Below are positions 28,037 to 36,503 of a stretch of 57,619 nucleotides of DNA, one piece after another. Source of the stretch: Bacilli bacterium (GTDB lineage Bacteria > Bacillota_I > Bacilli_A > RFN20 > CAG-288); the NCBI GenBank assembly GCA_017470005.1, contig JAFUFH010000091.1:1-57619 (forward strand). Direction: 5' to 3'. The notes under the pieces were generated by a model. That model searched no databases. It saw nothing but the letters and a program-made list of their open reading frames with translations, and was not told the DNA's origin. Made by a program: the position numbers and the translations under genes. Each line of letters opens with the position of its first letter. Position 1 is the first letter of the stretch.

Positions 28037-29773
28037 ATGTTAAGAACACACACTTGTGGAGAATTGAATGAAAAGAATGTCGGACAAGAAGTGACTCTCT
28101 GTGGTTGGGTCAATACCGTTCGTAATTTAGGTAGCCTTTGCTTTGTCGATTTAAGAGACAAATATGGCATCACCCAACTCAATATTCCTACCCAATTATT
28201 TGAAGAGAAGAGAGTCAAACCTGAATATTGTATTCAGGCCAAAGGTAAGGTTGTCTTAAGAGACCAACCTAACTACAATATTCCTACCGGTTTGATTGAG
28301 ATCGAAGTCGAAGATATCAAGATTTACTCTGTCTCTGAGACCACACCTTTTGAAATCAAGGATGATACCACCGCTAGTGAAGATACTCGTCTTGTCTATC
28401 GTTATTTAGATTTGAGAAGACCGGTCATGCAAAAATATCTCAAGATTCGTTCCGATTTGAATCGCTACGCCAGAGAATATTTAAACGATCACGGTTTCCA
28501 AGAGATCGATACTCCTACCATGATCAAATCCACTCCCGAAGGTGCCAGAGACTATCTCATTCCTTCCCGTATCTATCCTGGTTCTTTCTACGCTCTTCCT
28601 CAATCTCCTCAAGTTTATAAACAGTTATTGATGATCGCCGGAACCGATCGTTATTTCCAACTGGCTCATTGCTATCGTGATGAGGATCAAAGAGCCGATA
28701 GACAACCCGAATTCATGCAGATTGACTGCGAGCTCTCCTTTGTCACAAGAGAAGATGTCTTAGAAGTCATCGAAGGACTTTTAAAATATATCTTCAAGAA
28801 GACCATCAATGTCACTTTACCGGATTTCTATCGTATGGATTATGATGTGGCCATCTCTCGTTACGGAAGCGATAAGCCTGATATGAGATTTGATATGCTC
28901 ATCGAAGATGTCACCAAAGAATTAGAAGGCTGCGGATTCCAAGCTTATGAGAATAAGTCTATCCGTGCTATCGTTGTTCCTAATGTCGCTAGTGAAACCA
29001 CTCGTAAACAGATGGATAACGATAATATCTTAGCCAAGAAATTCCGAGTCTTTGGTGTCTCTCACTTGAAGTGGGAAAACGGCGCTTTTGTCTCTAATAT
29101 CGTCAAGAATATCAAACCTGAGAATTTAGATGCTCTTGCCAAGAGATTGAATGTCAAAGAGAATGATTTGGTCATCCTTTGTGCCAATGAAAAAGGAGAT
29201 CAAGCTTCTTTGGCTTTAGGTGCTTTACGTAACTACTACGGAAATAAATTAGGCCTTTGCAAGAAGGATGATTACAAACCTTTGTTTGTTATTAACTGGC
29301 CTTTGTTTGAAAGAAACGAAGAAGGTCAAATCGAATCTCTCTCCAATCCTTTCACTCGTCCTAACGATGAAGATTTGCACTACTTAGATGAAGATCCTAC
29401 CAAGATCAAATCCACTTCTTACGATACCGTTTTAAACGGTGTGGAACTCTCTTCTGGTGCTCTTCGTATCTATGACTCTGAAATCCAAAAGAAAGTCTTT
29501 GAACTCTTAGGTTTGAGCGACGAAGATATCGAAAAGAGATTCGGATTCTTTGTCAAAGCCTTAAAATATGGCGTTCCTCCGGAAGGTGGTTTTGGTATCG
29601 GTGTCGAGCGTCTTGCCATGACTCTTGCCATGACCGATAACGTCCGTGATGTCATCGCCTTCCCGAAGAACTTGAAAGCCTTCGAACCGATGTCTCAATG
29701 CCCTTCTCCTGTTCCTACTGCCGATACGGATATCTTAGGTCTCAAAGTAGTTGCTAGCGAAGAAAACGAATAA
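28037..29773 (+). CDS. aspS: Aspartyl-tRNA synthetase
   Basis: RTHTCGEL, YRYLDLRR, STPEGARDY, ALPQSPQ, YRDEDQRADRQPEF, GFGIGVER. Confidence 0.96.
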   Translation: MLRTHTCGELNEKNVGQEVTLCGWVNTVRNLGSLCFVDLRDKYGITQLNIPTQLFEEKRVKPEYCIQAKGKVVLRDQPNYNIPTGLIEIEVEDIKIYSVSETTPFEIKDDTTASEDTRLVYRYLDLRRPVMQKYLKIRSDLNRYAREYLNDHGFQEIDTPTMIKSTPEGARDYLIPSRIYPGSFYALPQSPQVYKQLLMIAGTDRYFQLAHCYRDEDQRADRQPEFMQIDCELSFVTREDVLEVIEGLLKYIFKKTINVTLPDFYRMDYDVAISRYGSDKPDMRFDMLIEDVTKELEGCGFQAYENKSIRAIVVPNVASETTRKQMDNDNILAKKFRVFGVSHLKWENGAFVSNIVKNIKPENLDALAKRLNVKENDLVILCANEKGDQASLALGALRNYYGNKLGLCKKDDYKPLFVINWPLFERNEEGQIESLSNPFTRPNDEDLHYLDEDPTKIKSTSYDTVLNGVELSSGALRIYDSEIQKKVFELLGLSDEDIEKRFGFFVKALKYGVPPEGGFGIGVERLAMTLAMTDNVRDVIAFPKNLKAFEPMSQCPSPVPTADTDILGLKVVASEENE

Positions 29774-29791
29774 AGTAGATGAGGTAAGACT

Positions 29792-31174
29792 ATGTCCGAA
29801 CAACAATTATTGCCGTTTGGAAGCCTGAACTTAAAACCGGAAATCCTGGATATTTTAAAAGAAGATGGCTTTGAATACATGTCACCTGTTCAAGAGAAGA
29901 GTATTCCGCTTCTTTTGAAGAAGAAAAATATCCTTGCCCTTGCTCCTACCGGAACGGGCAAGACGCTTTCCTATGCCTTACCTATTTTGAATGATTTAGA
30001 AAATGATGGCCATGTCCAAGCCGTCATCATCTCTCCTACGGTCGCCTTGTTAGATCAGATCAAATCTGTCTTTTCCGAATTCACTGATAAGTTAGGCTTC
30101 CCCAAAGATGCCATCAAAGCGGTGTATTCTAATTCCGATTTCAATAGAGCGAAACCTGTTGTTCTCTTAATCACTCCTAACATGTATAAACCATGTTTAT
30201 CTCATTATCCTATCAATGAATTAAAGAGAGTCATCATCGATGAAGGCGACATGGTGGTCTTTGATGGATTTAAGGACGCTCTTGTCTCTTTAAAGAAGCC
30301 TAGAGATAACATGATGATCTCATTCTTCTCCGCTTCTTTAAATGTTCAAGATATCAAAAGAGTGAAATCTCTTTTCAACATCTCTAATGTTGTGGATGTC
30401 AGAGATGTCATCACCAATAATAGTGTCGCTCATCATCTGGTCAACATCAGAAATCAAAGCAAAGGCAATGCTCTTTCTATCTTCTTAAAAGAAAAGAATT
30501 CCTTTAAGACCATCGCCTTTGTTTCTTCAAAAGAAGAACTCTTAAAATTGGATGAAGAATTGAAAGCGTTAGGTTTACACCATCTGCTTCTTCACGGTGG
30601 CATGGATAAAAGAGATATCAAAAAGATCTTAGATTCCTTTAGAAAAGATGAGGAACCACTCTTATTGGCTTCCGATTATGTCTCTAGAGGACTTGATATT
30701 CCTGATGTAGAAACCATCATCTCTATTGACCTTCCTAGCGATACTCAATATTACTTCCACAGAGCCGGTAGAGCAGGAAGATTCTCTGCTCCTGGAGATT
30801 CTTATGTCTTCTATTCTGACGATGATGAAGAAAGTATCAAGCAAGTGAAAGATTTACAACGCCGTGGCACTTCTTTTGATAGTTATACCATCTCTCAAAA
30901 TACTTTGAAGAAAAGCAAAGGTTCTTACACCTTTAGAAATTTAGGTAAGAAAGATAGAGCGGAGAGTGAAAAGCTTCAAAAACAGATTCGCCACGCCGTC
31001 AACGAGAACAAATCTAGAAAAGTCAAACCCGGTTACAAAAAGAAAGTTAGCCGTGCTGTGGATCTTGTCAAACTCAAACACAGAAAGAAAATTGTTATGA
31101 CCAATATCGCTAGAAGTGGCGGTAATGTTCAAGATTATCACGAAGAGAAAAGAAGAAGTACGAAAAAGAAATAA
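29792..31174 (+). CDS. DEAD-box RNA helicase (CshB-like, DEGD variant)
   Basis: SPVQ Q-motif, APTGTGKT, IIDEGD, SAS, SRGLDIP, HRAGRAGR; basic C-terminal tail. Confidence 0.85.
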   Translation: MSEQQLLPFGSLNLKPEILDILKEDGFEYMSPVQEKSIPLLLKKKNILALAPTGTGKTLSYALPILNDLENDGHVQAVIISPTVALLDQIKSVFSEFTDKLGFPKDAIKAVYSNSDFNRAKPVVLLITPNMYKPCLSHYPINELKRVIIDEGDMVVFDGFKDALVSLKKPRDNMMISFFSASLNVQDIKRVKSLFNISNVVDVRDVITNNSVAHHLVNIRNQSKGNALSIFLKEKNSFKTIAFVSSKEELLKLDEELKALGLHHLLLHGGMDKRDIKKILDSFRKDEEPLLLASDYVSRGLDIPDVETIISIDLPSDTQYYFHRAGRAGRFSAPGDSYVFYSDDDEESIKQVKDLQRRGTSFDSYTISQNTLKKSKGSYTFRNLGKKDRAESEKLQKQIRHAVNENKSRKVKPGYKKKVSRAVDLVKLKHRKKIVMTNIARSGGNVQDYHEEKRRSTKKK

Positions 31175-31182
31175 TCCCAATT

Positions 31183-31211
31183 AGAGGTGTGCGCGTTGCA
31201 CCTCTTTTTTT
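31183..31211 (+). terminator. Terminator of the hisS-aspS-helicase operon
   Basis: AGAGGTG...CACCTCT stem plus T run. Confidence 0.75.
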
Positions 31212-31279
31212 CTCTTTGCAAATCAAAAGAAGATACATCTATCCATCAAATAAGGTAAAATAAACACAGAGGTATTCTT

Positions 31280-32344
31280 ATGAAAAGATTACAGTTTGCT
31301 ATCGGCTCGAAAATGATCGGTGAAGGCCATCCTTGTCTCATTCAAACGATGGGAGATCAAAAGACAGATAAAGTGGATTATGCTGTCTCTTTGACCAATC
31401 GTTTATCCAAGATGGGATTAGATATGATGCGCTTTTCTGTGTTGGATAAAAATGACGCATTCGCATTAAAAGAAATCAAAGCAAAAACTATGATTCCTAT
31501 CATCGCGGATATTCATTTTGATTACACCTTTGCTCTTATGGCTATGGAAGCTGGAGTGGATAAGATCCGTATCAATCCTGGAAATATCGGAGGAGAAGCG
31601 AATCTTCGTTTGGTGATTCAAGAAGCAAAAAAGAAAAATATCCCTATCCGAATCGGAGTCAATTCTGGTTCTTTGAATAAGTATAGAGGAAAGACCGCTT
31701 CGAAAGCCGATGACATCTTACTAGCTTTAGATGAGACCTTAGAAGTATTTAGGGAAGAAGGATTGGAAAAGATTGTTCTTTCTTTAAAATCTTCTAACCC
31801 TCACGATTTAGAAGAAGTCTACACCAAAGCCTATGAAAAATATCCTTATCCTCTTCACTTAGGTTTAACGGAATCTGGTTATTCTACCAATGGTTGTATC
31901 AAGTCCGCTCTTGGTGTATTCCCACTTCTTTCTAAAGGGATTGGCGATACTCTCCGCGTCTCTTTAGCCGATGATAGAGAAGAAGAGATTCGAGCTTGTA
32001 AGACCCTTCTTCGCTTAGCAGGTAGAAGAAAAGATATCCCTGACTTAGTGGTATGTCCTACCTGTGGTAGAACATTAGTGGATGTAAAACCGATCTCCAG
32101 ATTGGTCCAAGCAAAATTAGATGCGGTCTTCTCTGATGTACAAGTGGCGGTGATGGGATGTCCTGTCAATGGTATCGGAGAAGCAAAGGATGCCGACTAT
32201 GGTATCGCAGGAACGGGTATGAAAGATACCTATCTTCTCTTCTCTAAAGGTAAAGTTTTAGGTCAATATCAAAAAGAAGAAGCGCTAGAGAAACTCTTTA
32301 AGATGATTGATGAATACGAAAAAGGTAATCTTCAAGCAAAATAA
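31280..32344 (+). CDS. ispG: (E)-4-hydroxy-3-methylbut-2-enyl-diphosphate synthase
   Basis: IIADIHFD, KIRINPGN, IRIGVNSGSL, HLGLTESG, GIGDTLRVSL, CPTCGR, MGCPVNGIGE. Confidence 0.94.
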   Translation: MKRLQFAIGSKMIGEGHPCLIQTMGDQKTDKVDYAVSLTNRLSKMGLDMMRFSVLDKNDAFALKEIKAKTMIPIIADIHFDYTFALMAMEAGVDKIRINPGNIGGEANLRLVIQEAKKKNIPIRIGVNSGSLNKYRGKTASKADDILLALDETLEVFREEGLEKIVLSLKSSNPHDLEEVYTKAYEKYPYPLHLGLTESGYSTNGCIKSALGVFPLLSKGIGDTLRVSLADDREEEIRACKTLLRLAGRRKDIPDLVVCPTCGRTLVDVKPISRLVQAKLDAVFSDVQVAVMGCPVNGIGEAKDADYGIAGTGMKDTYLLFSKGKVLGQYQKEEALEKLFKMIDEYEKGNLQAK

Positions 32345-32398
32345 TTCTACTAAGAGAGAAAAAAGTGAAAGAATATTTGCATAAAAGAATACTTTTTC

Positions 32399-32428
32399 TT
32401 GAAAAGCACATATATTTATATATATAAT
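32399..32428 (+). promoter_or_regulatory. sigmaA-type promoter for rpmG-efp
   Basis: TTGAAA, 18 nt, TATAAT upstream of AGGAGG RBS. Confidence 0.55.
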
Positions 32429-32460
32429 AAACAAGCTGTTTTTTAGGAGGTTAAAAAACC

Positions 32461-32619
32461 ATGGCAGAAAAAAGAATTAATATCATTCTTCGCTGCAGTG
32501 AATGCAAGAGCGAGAATTACATCAGCACTAAGAACAAGAAAGCTCATCCCGACAAATTCTCCACTCAAAAATATTGCCCTAAGTGCAATAAGAAGACTCT
32601 TCACACTGAGAAGAAGTAG
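32461..32619 (+). CDS. rpmG: 50S ribosomal protein L33, zinc-binding form (not in the ORF track)
   Basis: [52 protein letters not shown], two CxxC pairs, AGGAGG RBS. Confidence 0.93.
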   Translation: MAEKRINIILRCSECKSENYISTKNKKAHPDKFSTQKYCPKCNKKTLHTEKK

Positions 32620-32645
32620 ATCTATAACCATAGGAGGATAACATT

Positions 32646-33215
32646 ATGGCTGATATGATTATGATCGGTGATGTTGGACCCGGCAAATCTTTCAAGGATG
32701 GAAACGATATTTTCACTTCTTTGAATATCGAACACAACAAAACCGCTATGAGAGGCATGATCGTCAAGATCAAAGCCAAGAACTTGAGAACTGGTTCCAT
32801 CATGGAACGTTCTTACAACGGCGACATCAAAGTCGAACAGATCTATTTAGACAAGAGACTCATGAACTATGTTTATGAAGCAGATGGTCTTGTTTATTTT
32901 ATGGATGCTGAAACCTATGAACAGGTCGGTATCCCTGTGGAAAGATTAGAATGGGAAAAGAACTTCATCAATGAAGAAAACCCCATCACCGTCACCTATT
33001 ATGAAAATGAAATTTTAGGTGTTGAACTTCCTGCCAAGGTCACTTTGAAGATTGTCGATTGCGATGACAATGCTGTCGCTGGCGACACCATCAACAAAGC
33101 GATGAAGGATGCTGTTCTTGAGACTGGTTACAAGCTCAAAGTTCCTATGTTCATTAAGAACGGAACTAAGATTGTTGTCCGTACAGAAGACGGCATCTAC
33201 GATTCTAGAGCTTAA
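32646..33215 (+). CDS. efp: Translation elongation factor P with atypical tip loop
   Basis: KNLRTG, YFMDAETYEQ, GVELP, GDT...K.AVLETG, VPMFIKNG; tip loop is KTAMRG instead of KPGKG. Confidence 0.9.
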   Translation: MADMIMIGDVGPGKSFKDGNDIFTSLNIEHNKTAMRGMIVKIKAKNLRTGSIMERSYNGDIKVEQIYLDKRLMNYVYEADGLVYFMDAETYEQVGIPVERLEWEKNFINEENPITVTYYENEILGVELPAKVTLKIVDCDDNAVAGDTINKAMKDAVLETGYKLKVPMFIKNGTKIVVRTEDGIYDSRA

Positions 33216-33225
33216 TGGCAAAAGT

Positions 33226-33250
33226 AAAGGCCGCTTTTGTGGCCTTTTTT
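33226..33250 (+). terminator. efp terminator
   Basis: AAAGGCCGC-TTTT-GTGGCCTTT plus T run. Confidence 0.7.
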
Positions 33251-33266
33251 GGAAAGGTAAATTAAT

Positions 33267-33506
33267 ATGGAATTCACAATCAATACCATTGCCTTTATCT
33301 TCATCATTTTAGGAAGCATCATCGTCGGTGTAGTGATCGGATACTTCGTTTCTAGAAAGCTCTTCAGCTCTCAATTAGAAAAGAATCCTCCCATCACCAA
33401 AGACATGATCAAGGCGATGTATCGTTCAATGGGACGCACCCCTTCTGAAGCACAACTCAACGCCACAATGAAGGCGATGGAGAACGCTAGAAAGAATAGC
33501 AAGTAA
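33267..33506 (+). CDS. YneF/UPF0154 family membrane protein
   Basis: N-terminal TM with G.F.SRK, then KNPPIT.DMI..M...MGRTPSE. Confidence 0.85.
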   Translation: MEFTINTIAFIFIILGSIIVGVVIGYFVSRKLFSSQLEKNPPITKDMIKAMYRSMGRTPSEAQLNATMKAMENARKNSK

Positions 33507-33512
33507 AAACTT

Positions 33513-33537
33513 AACCCGGTGAAAAACCGGGTTTTTT
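33513..33537 (+). terminator. Terminator between yneF and convergent plsY
   Basis: AACCCGGT...ACCGGGTT plus T run. Confidence 0.75.
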
Positions 33538-33608
33538 CATGCTTATTTTTTAGTCTAACTTTTTATCTTGAAATAAAAGTTGGCAAAGAAAAAAGTTCGC
33601 GAAGGAAC

Positions 33609-34358
33609 TTAATTGTTATCTACTGTATTTTGGAAGTGAGTTTCCGGCTCTTCGTGGTCATGAATTCTCTTGATATTGGACTTGTGACGGATGATGACGA
33701 TCATGACGCATAAGAAGATATTGATGAAGGTGATGTAGCACAAGTGAAGAAGGCAATTCGGGCCGAAGTACATGCCACCATTAAACTGAGTGACATTCAT
33801 ATTAAGAGCGTAATGTAAGATCATCGGGACAGCGGAGACTAAGAAGACAGAAGGAGCGGCGATGATAGAACAAATAGAGATTCTATGTTTCCAGGCAAAG
33901 AGAGCCATGAAGAGACCGAAACCAAATGCGAATAAGATCGGGGAGACAAAGAGGACATATCCAGCAAAGCAAGCGACCGCTTTTCCACCTTTGAATTGAG
34001 CAAAGATAGGGAAGGTGTGACCGATGCAGACCATGAAGCCAGCGATTGCAATATATAATTCGGTTTGGAATTCATAAGCGCTAGTGAGAAGGACACTTCC
34101 TAATCCTGTGTAGGAGATAAGGATGAAGATAACCCACAAGGTGACATAAGATTTTAAGATATCTAAGACCATGCATAAGATACCATTTTTCTTTCCTAAG
34201 GTTCTTCCGACATTGGTTCCACCCGCATTTCCAGAACCGTGTTCTCTGATATCGATACCATGTTTCTTTCCGATCAAGATTCCAAAGGGAATGGAACCCA
34301 TGAGATAGGCGAATACTATCGTGCCAAGAAGGAAAAGAATTGTATATAAAGTTTCCAT
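33609..34358 (-). CDS. plsY: Glycerol-3-phosphate acyltransferase
   Basis: YLMGSIPFG, DIREHGSGNAGGTN, GHTFPIF, FKGGKAVA, RHKSNIKR; divergent from parE. Confidence 0.9.
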   Translation of the reverse strand: METLYTILFLLGTIVFAYLMGSIPFGILIGKKHGIDIREHGSGNAGGTNVGRTLGKKNGILCMVLDILKSYVTLWVIFILISYTGLGSVLLTSAYEFQTELYIAIAGFMVCIGHTFPIFAQFKGGKAVACFAGYVLFVSPILFAFGFGLFMALFAWKHRISICSIIAAPSVFLVSAVPMILHYALNMNVTQFNGGMYFGPNCLLHLCYITFINIFLCVMIVIIRHKSNIKRIHDHEEPETHFQNTVDNN

Positions 34359-34568
34359 ATGATTACCTCGTTTTAGAAGCGAAAACTATTATAAAAGATT
34401 CTCTAGGAAAAATAAACCTTTTCATAAGAGAAGCCATTTTTTGTCCAAATTTCTCTCCTTAATTTCTTTTCTCAAATCAGGCTTTGAAACATCCCTTTTC
34501 TCTTTGTTTTTAAGCACAAATATATTAAAATATATTCATTAAAAAATTATGTAATTGAGGGTTTTCAA

Positions 34569-36503
34569 ATGGCTGCTAACTATGACGCTTCAAGTTTAAC
34601 CATCTTACACGGGCTCGAACCTGTCAGAGAGAGACCCGGTATGTATATCGGATCCACATCCACTTTGGGTCTACACCACCTCATTTGGGAAATTGTCGAT
34701 AACGCTGTCGATGAAGCCAATGAAGGTCACGGTAAAAATATCACCGTCACCATCCATTCGGATGGTTCTTTAGAAGTGGAAGACCAAGGAAGAGGTGTTC
34801 CTTATAACTACAACGCAAAAGAAAAGCTCAACGGATTCCAAATCGTTTATCAAACGCTTCACGGAGGCGGAAAATTTGATGAGAGCAACTATAAGAGCGC
34901 TGGTGGTCTTCACGGTGTTGGTGCTGCTGTCACCAATGCTTTAAGTGAATGGATGGAAGTCCACTCTTATCGAGATGGAGTGGATCATTTTGCACGCTTT
35001 GAAAAAGGCGGTTCTAAATTCTCTGGTATCAAAGAGAAAGGTGCTACTTCTAAACGTGGTACCAACGTTCGCTTCCTTCCGGACCCCACCATCTTTGAAG
35101 ATACGACCTTCAATTTTGACCGTATCGCTCAACACTTAGATGACCAAGCCTGTTTGACTAAGGGTGTCACATTCCATCTCATCGATGAAAGAAGCGGAAG
35201 AAAACAGGACTTCTTCTATCAGGATGGTTTGAAAGAATATTACACCAGACACACCTTTGGAAAAGAAGGTTTAACCAAACCTATCAAATTCAAAGGCGAA
35301 CAAGATGGCATCAGAGTCGAAGTGGTCTTCGGCTTCTTAAAAGATGATTACAATGAAAAGATCATCTCCTTTGCTAACGGTGTTAGAACCGGAGATGGCG
35401 GATATCATGTCACTGGTTTTAAGAAAGGTTTAACCACTTGTTTTAACCAATACGGAATCAAACACAACCTCATCAAAGCCAATTCTCCTTTAGATGGGGA
35501 TTGCTTAAGAGAAGGTATGGTTTGTATCCTTTCTGTTTGGGTTCCTGAACATCTCCTTCAATTTGAAGGTCAGACCAAAGGAAAATTAGGTACCAAAGAA
35601 GCGGTCAATGCCGTGGATACCATCGTCGAGAATCAACTCTCTTATTATTTGGAAGAAAATAAAGTGGAAGCCGATGCGGTTGTTAAAAAGACCAGCGATG
35701 AAATGAAGATTCGCGATAAGACCGAACAGGATAGAAAGAAAGAGCGTGAGCTTTTAAAGAATAAAGCTAGCGGCTATAACCTTTCCGATAAACTCACTCC
35801 TGCCTCTAGTAAGGATTACATGCTCAATGAATTATTCATTGTTGAAGGTGATTCTGCAGGCGGTTCGGCAAAGAAAGGTAGAAACCCCAAATATCAAGCC
35901 ATTCTTCCTTTGAGAGGAAAACCGAAGAACACGACCGATATTGAAGATGAAAAGATCTTGTTAGGAAATAAAGAGATCGCCACATTGATTTACACTATCG
36001 GTGCTGGCTATGATTCTGATTTTAAGATCAAAGATATCCATTATGGAAAAGTCATCATCATGACCGATGCCGATGATGATGGAAGCCATATTCAATCTTT
36101 GCTTCTCACCTTCTTCTATAACCATATGAAGCCTTTGATTGAAACAGGTCATCTTTACATTGCTTGCCCTCCTCTTTACCGCGTTTATAACAACCGTAAA
36201 GAAATTTACGCTTATGATGATGAAGAGCTTGCTAAGGCCATCAAAGAAGTCGGTGCGGGCTATCGAGTCAACCGTTATAAAGGTTTAGGTGAAATGAATT
36301 ACACTCAGTTATCTGAAACCACCATGCAACCCGAAAAGAGAAGACTCATCAAAGTCATGCTTCAAGATGACGAAGATGCCAAAGATAAAGTCAATTTATT
36401 CTTAGGTAGAGATACCGATAGAAGAAAAGAATGGATTGAAAACAATATTGATTTCAATGCTGTCGATAATTTCACAGAGGAGGTAAAAGCACATGAAAAT
36501 TAA
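34569..36503 (+). CDS. parE: DNA topoisomerase IV subunit B
   Basis: VRERPGMYIGST, EIVDNAVDE, GGLHGVG, VEGDSAGG, MTDADDDG, RYKGLGEM; plsY-parE-parC order. Confidence 0.9.
   Translation: MAANYDASSLTILHGLEPVRERPGMYIGSTSTLGLHHLIWEIVDNAVDEANEGHGKNITVTIHSDGSLEVEDQGRGVPYNYNAKEKLNGFQIVYQTLHGGGKFDESNYKSAGGLHGVGAAVTNALSEWMEVHSYRDGVDHFARFEKGGSKFSGIKEKGATSKRGTNVRFLPDPTIFEDTTFNFDRIAQHLDDQACLTKGVTFHLIDERSGRKQDFFYQDGLKEYYTRHTFGKEGLTKPIKFKGEQDGIRVEVVFGFLKDDYNEKIISFANGVRTGDGGYHVTGFKKGLTTCFNQYGIKHNLIKANSPLDGDCLREGMVCILSVWVPEHLLQFEGQTKGKLGTKEAVNAVDTIVENQLSYYLEENKVEADAVVKKTSDEMKIRDKTEQDRKKERELLKNKASGYNLSDKLTPASSKDYMLNELFIVEGDSAGGSAKKGRNPKYQAILPLRGKPKNTTDIEDEKILLGNKEIATLIYTIGAGYDSDFKIKDIHYGKVIIMTDADDDGSHIQSLLLTFFYNHMKPLIETGHLYIACPPLYRVYNNRKEIYAYDDEELAKAIKEVGAGYRVNRYKGLGEMNYTQLSETTMQPEKRRLIKVMLQDDEDAKDKVNLFLGRDTDRRKEWIENNIDFNAVDNFTEEVKAHEN

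Noticed and set aside
29792-31174. DEGD instead of DEAD as a sign of an inactive helicase
   Set aside because: The catalytic DE pair, Walker A, SAS and HRAGR motifs are intact; third-position variation in DExD is common.
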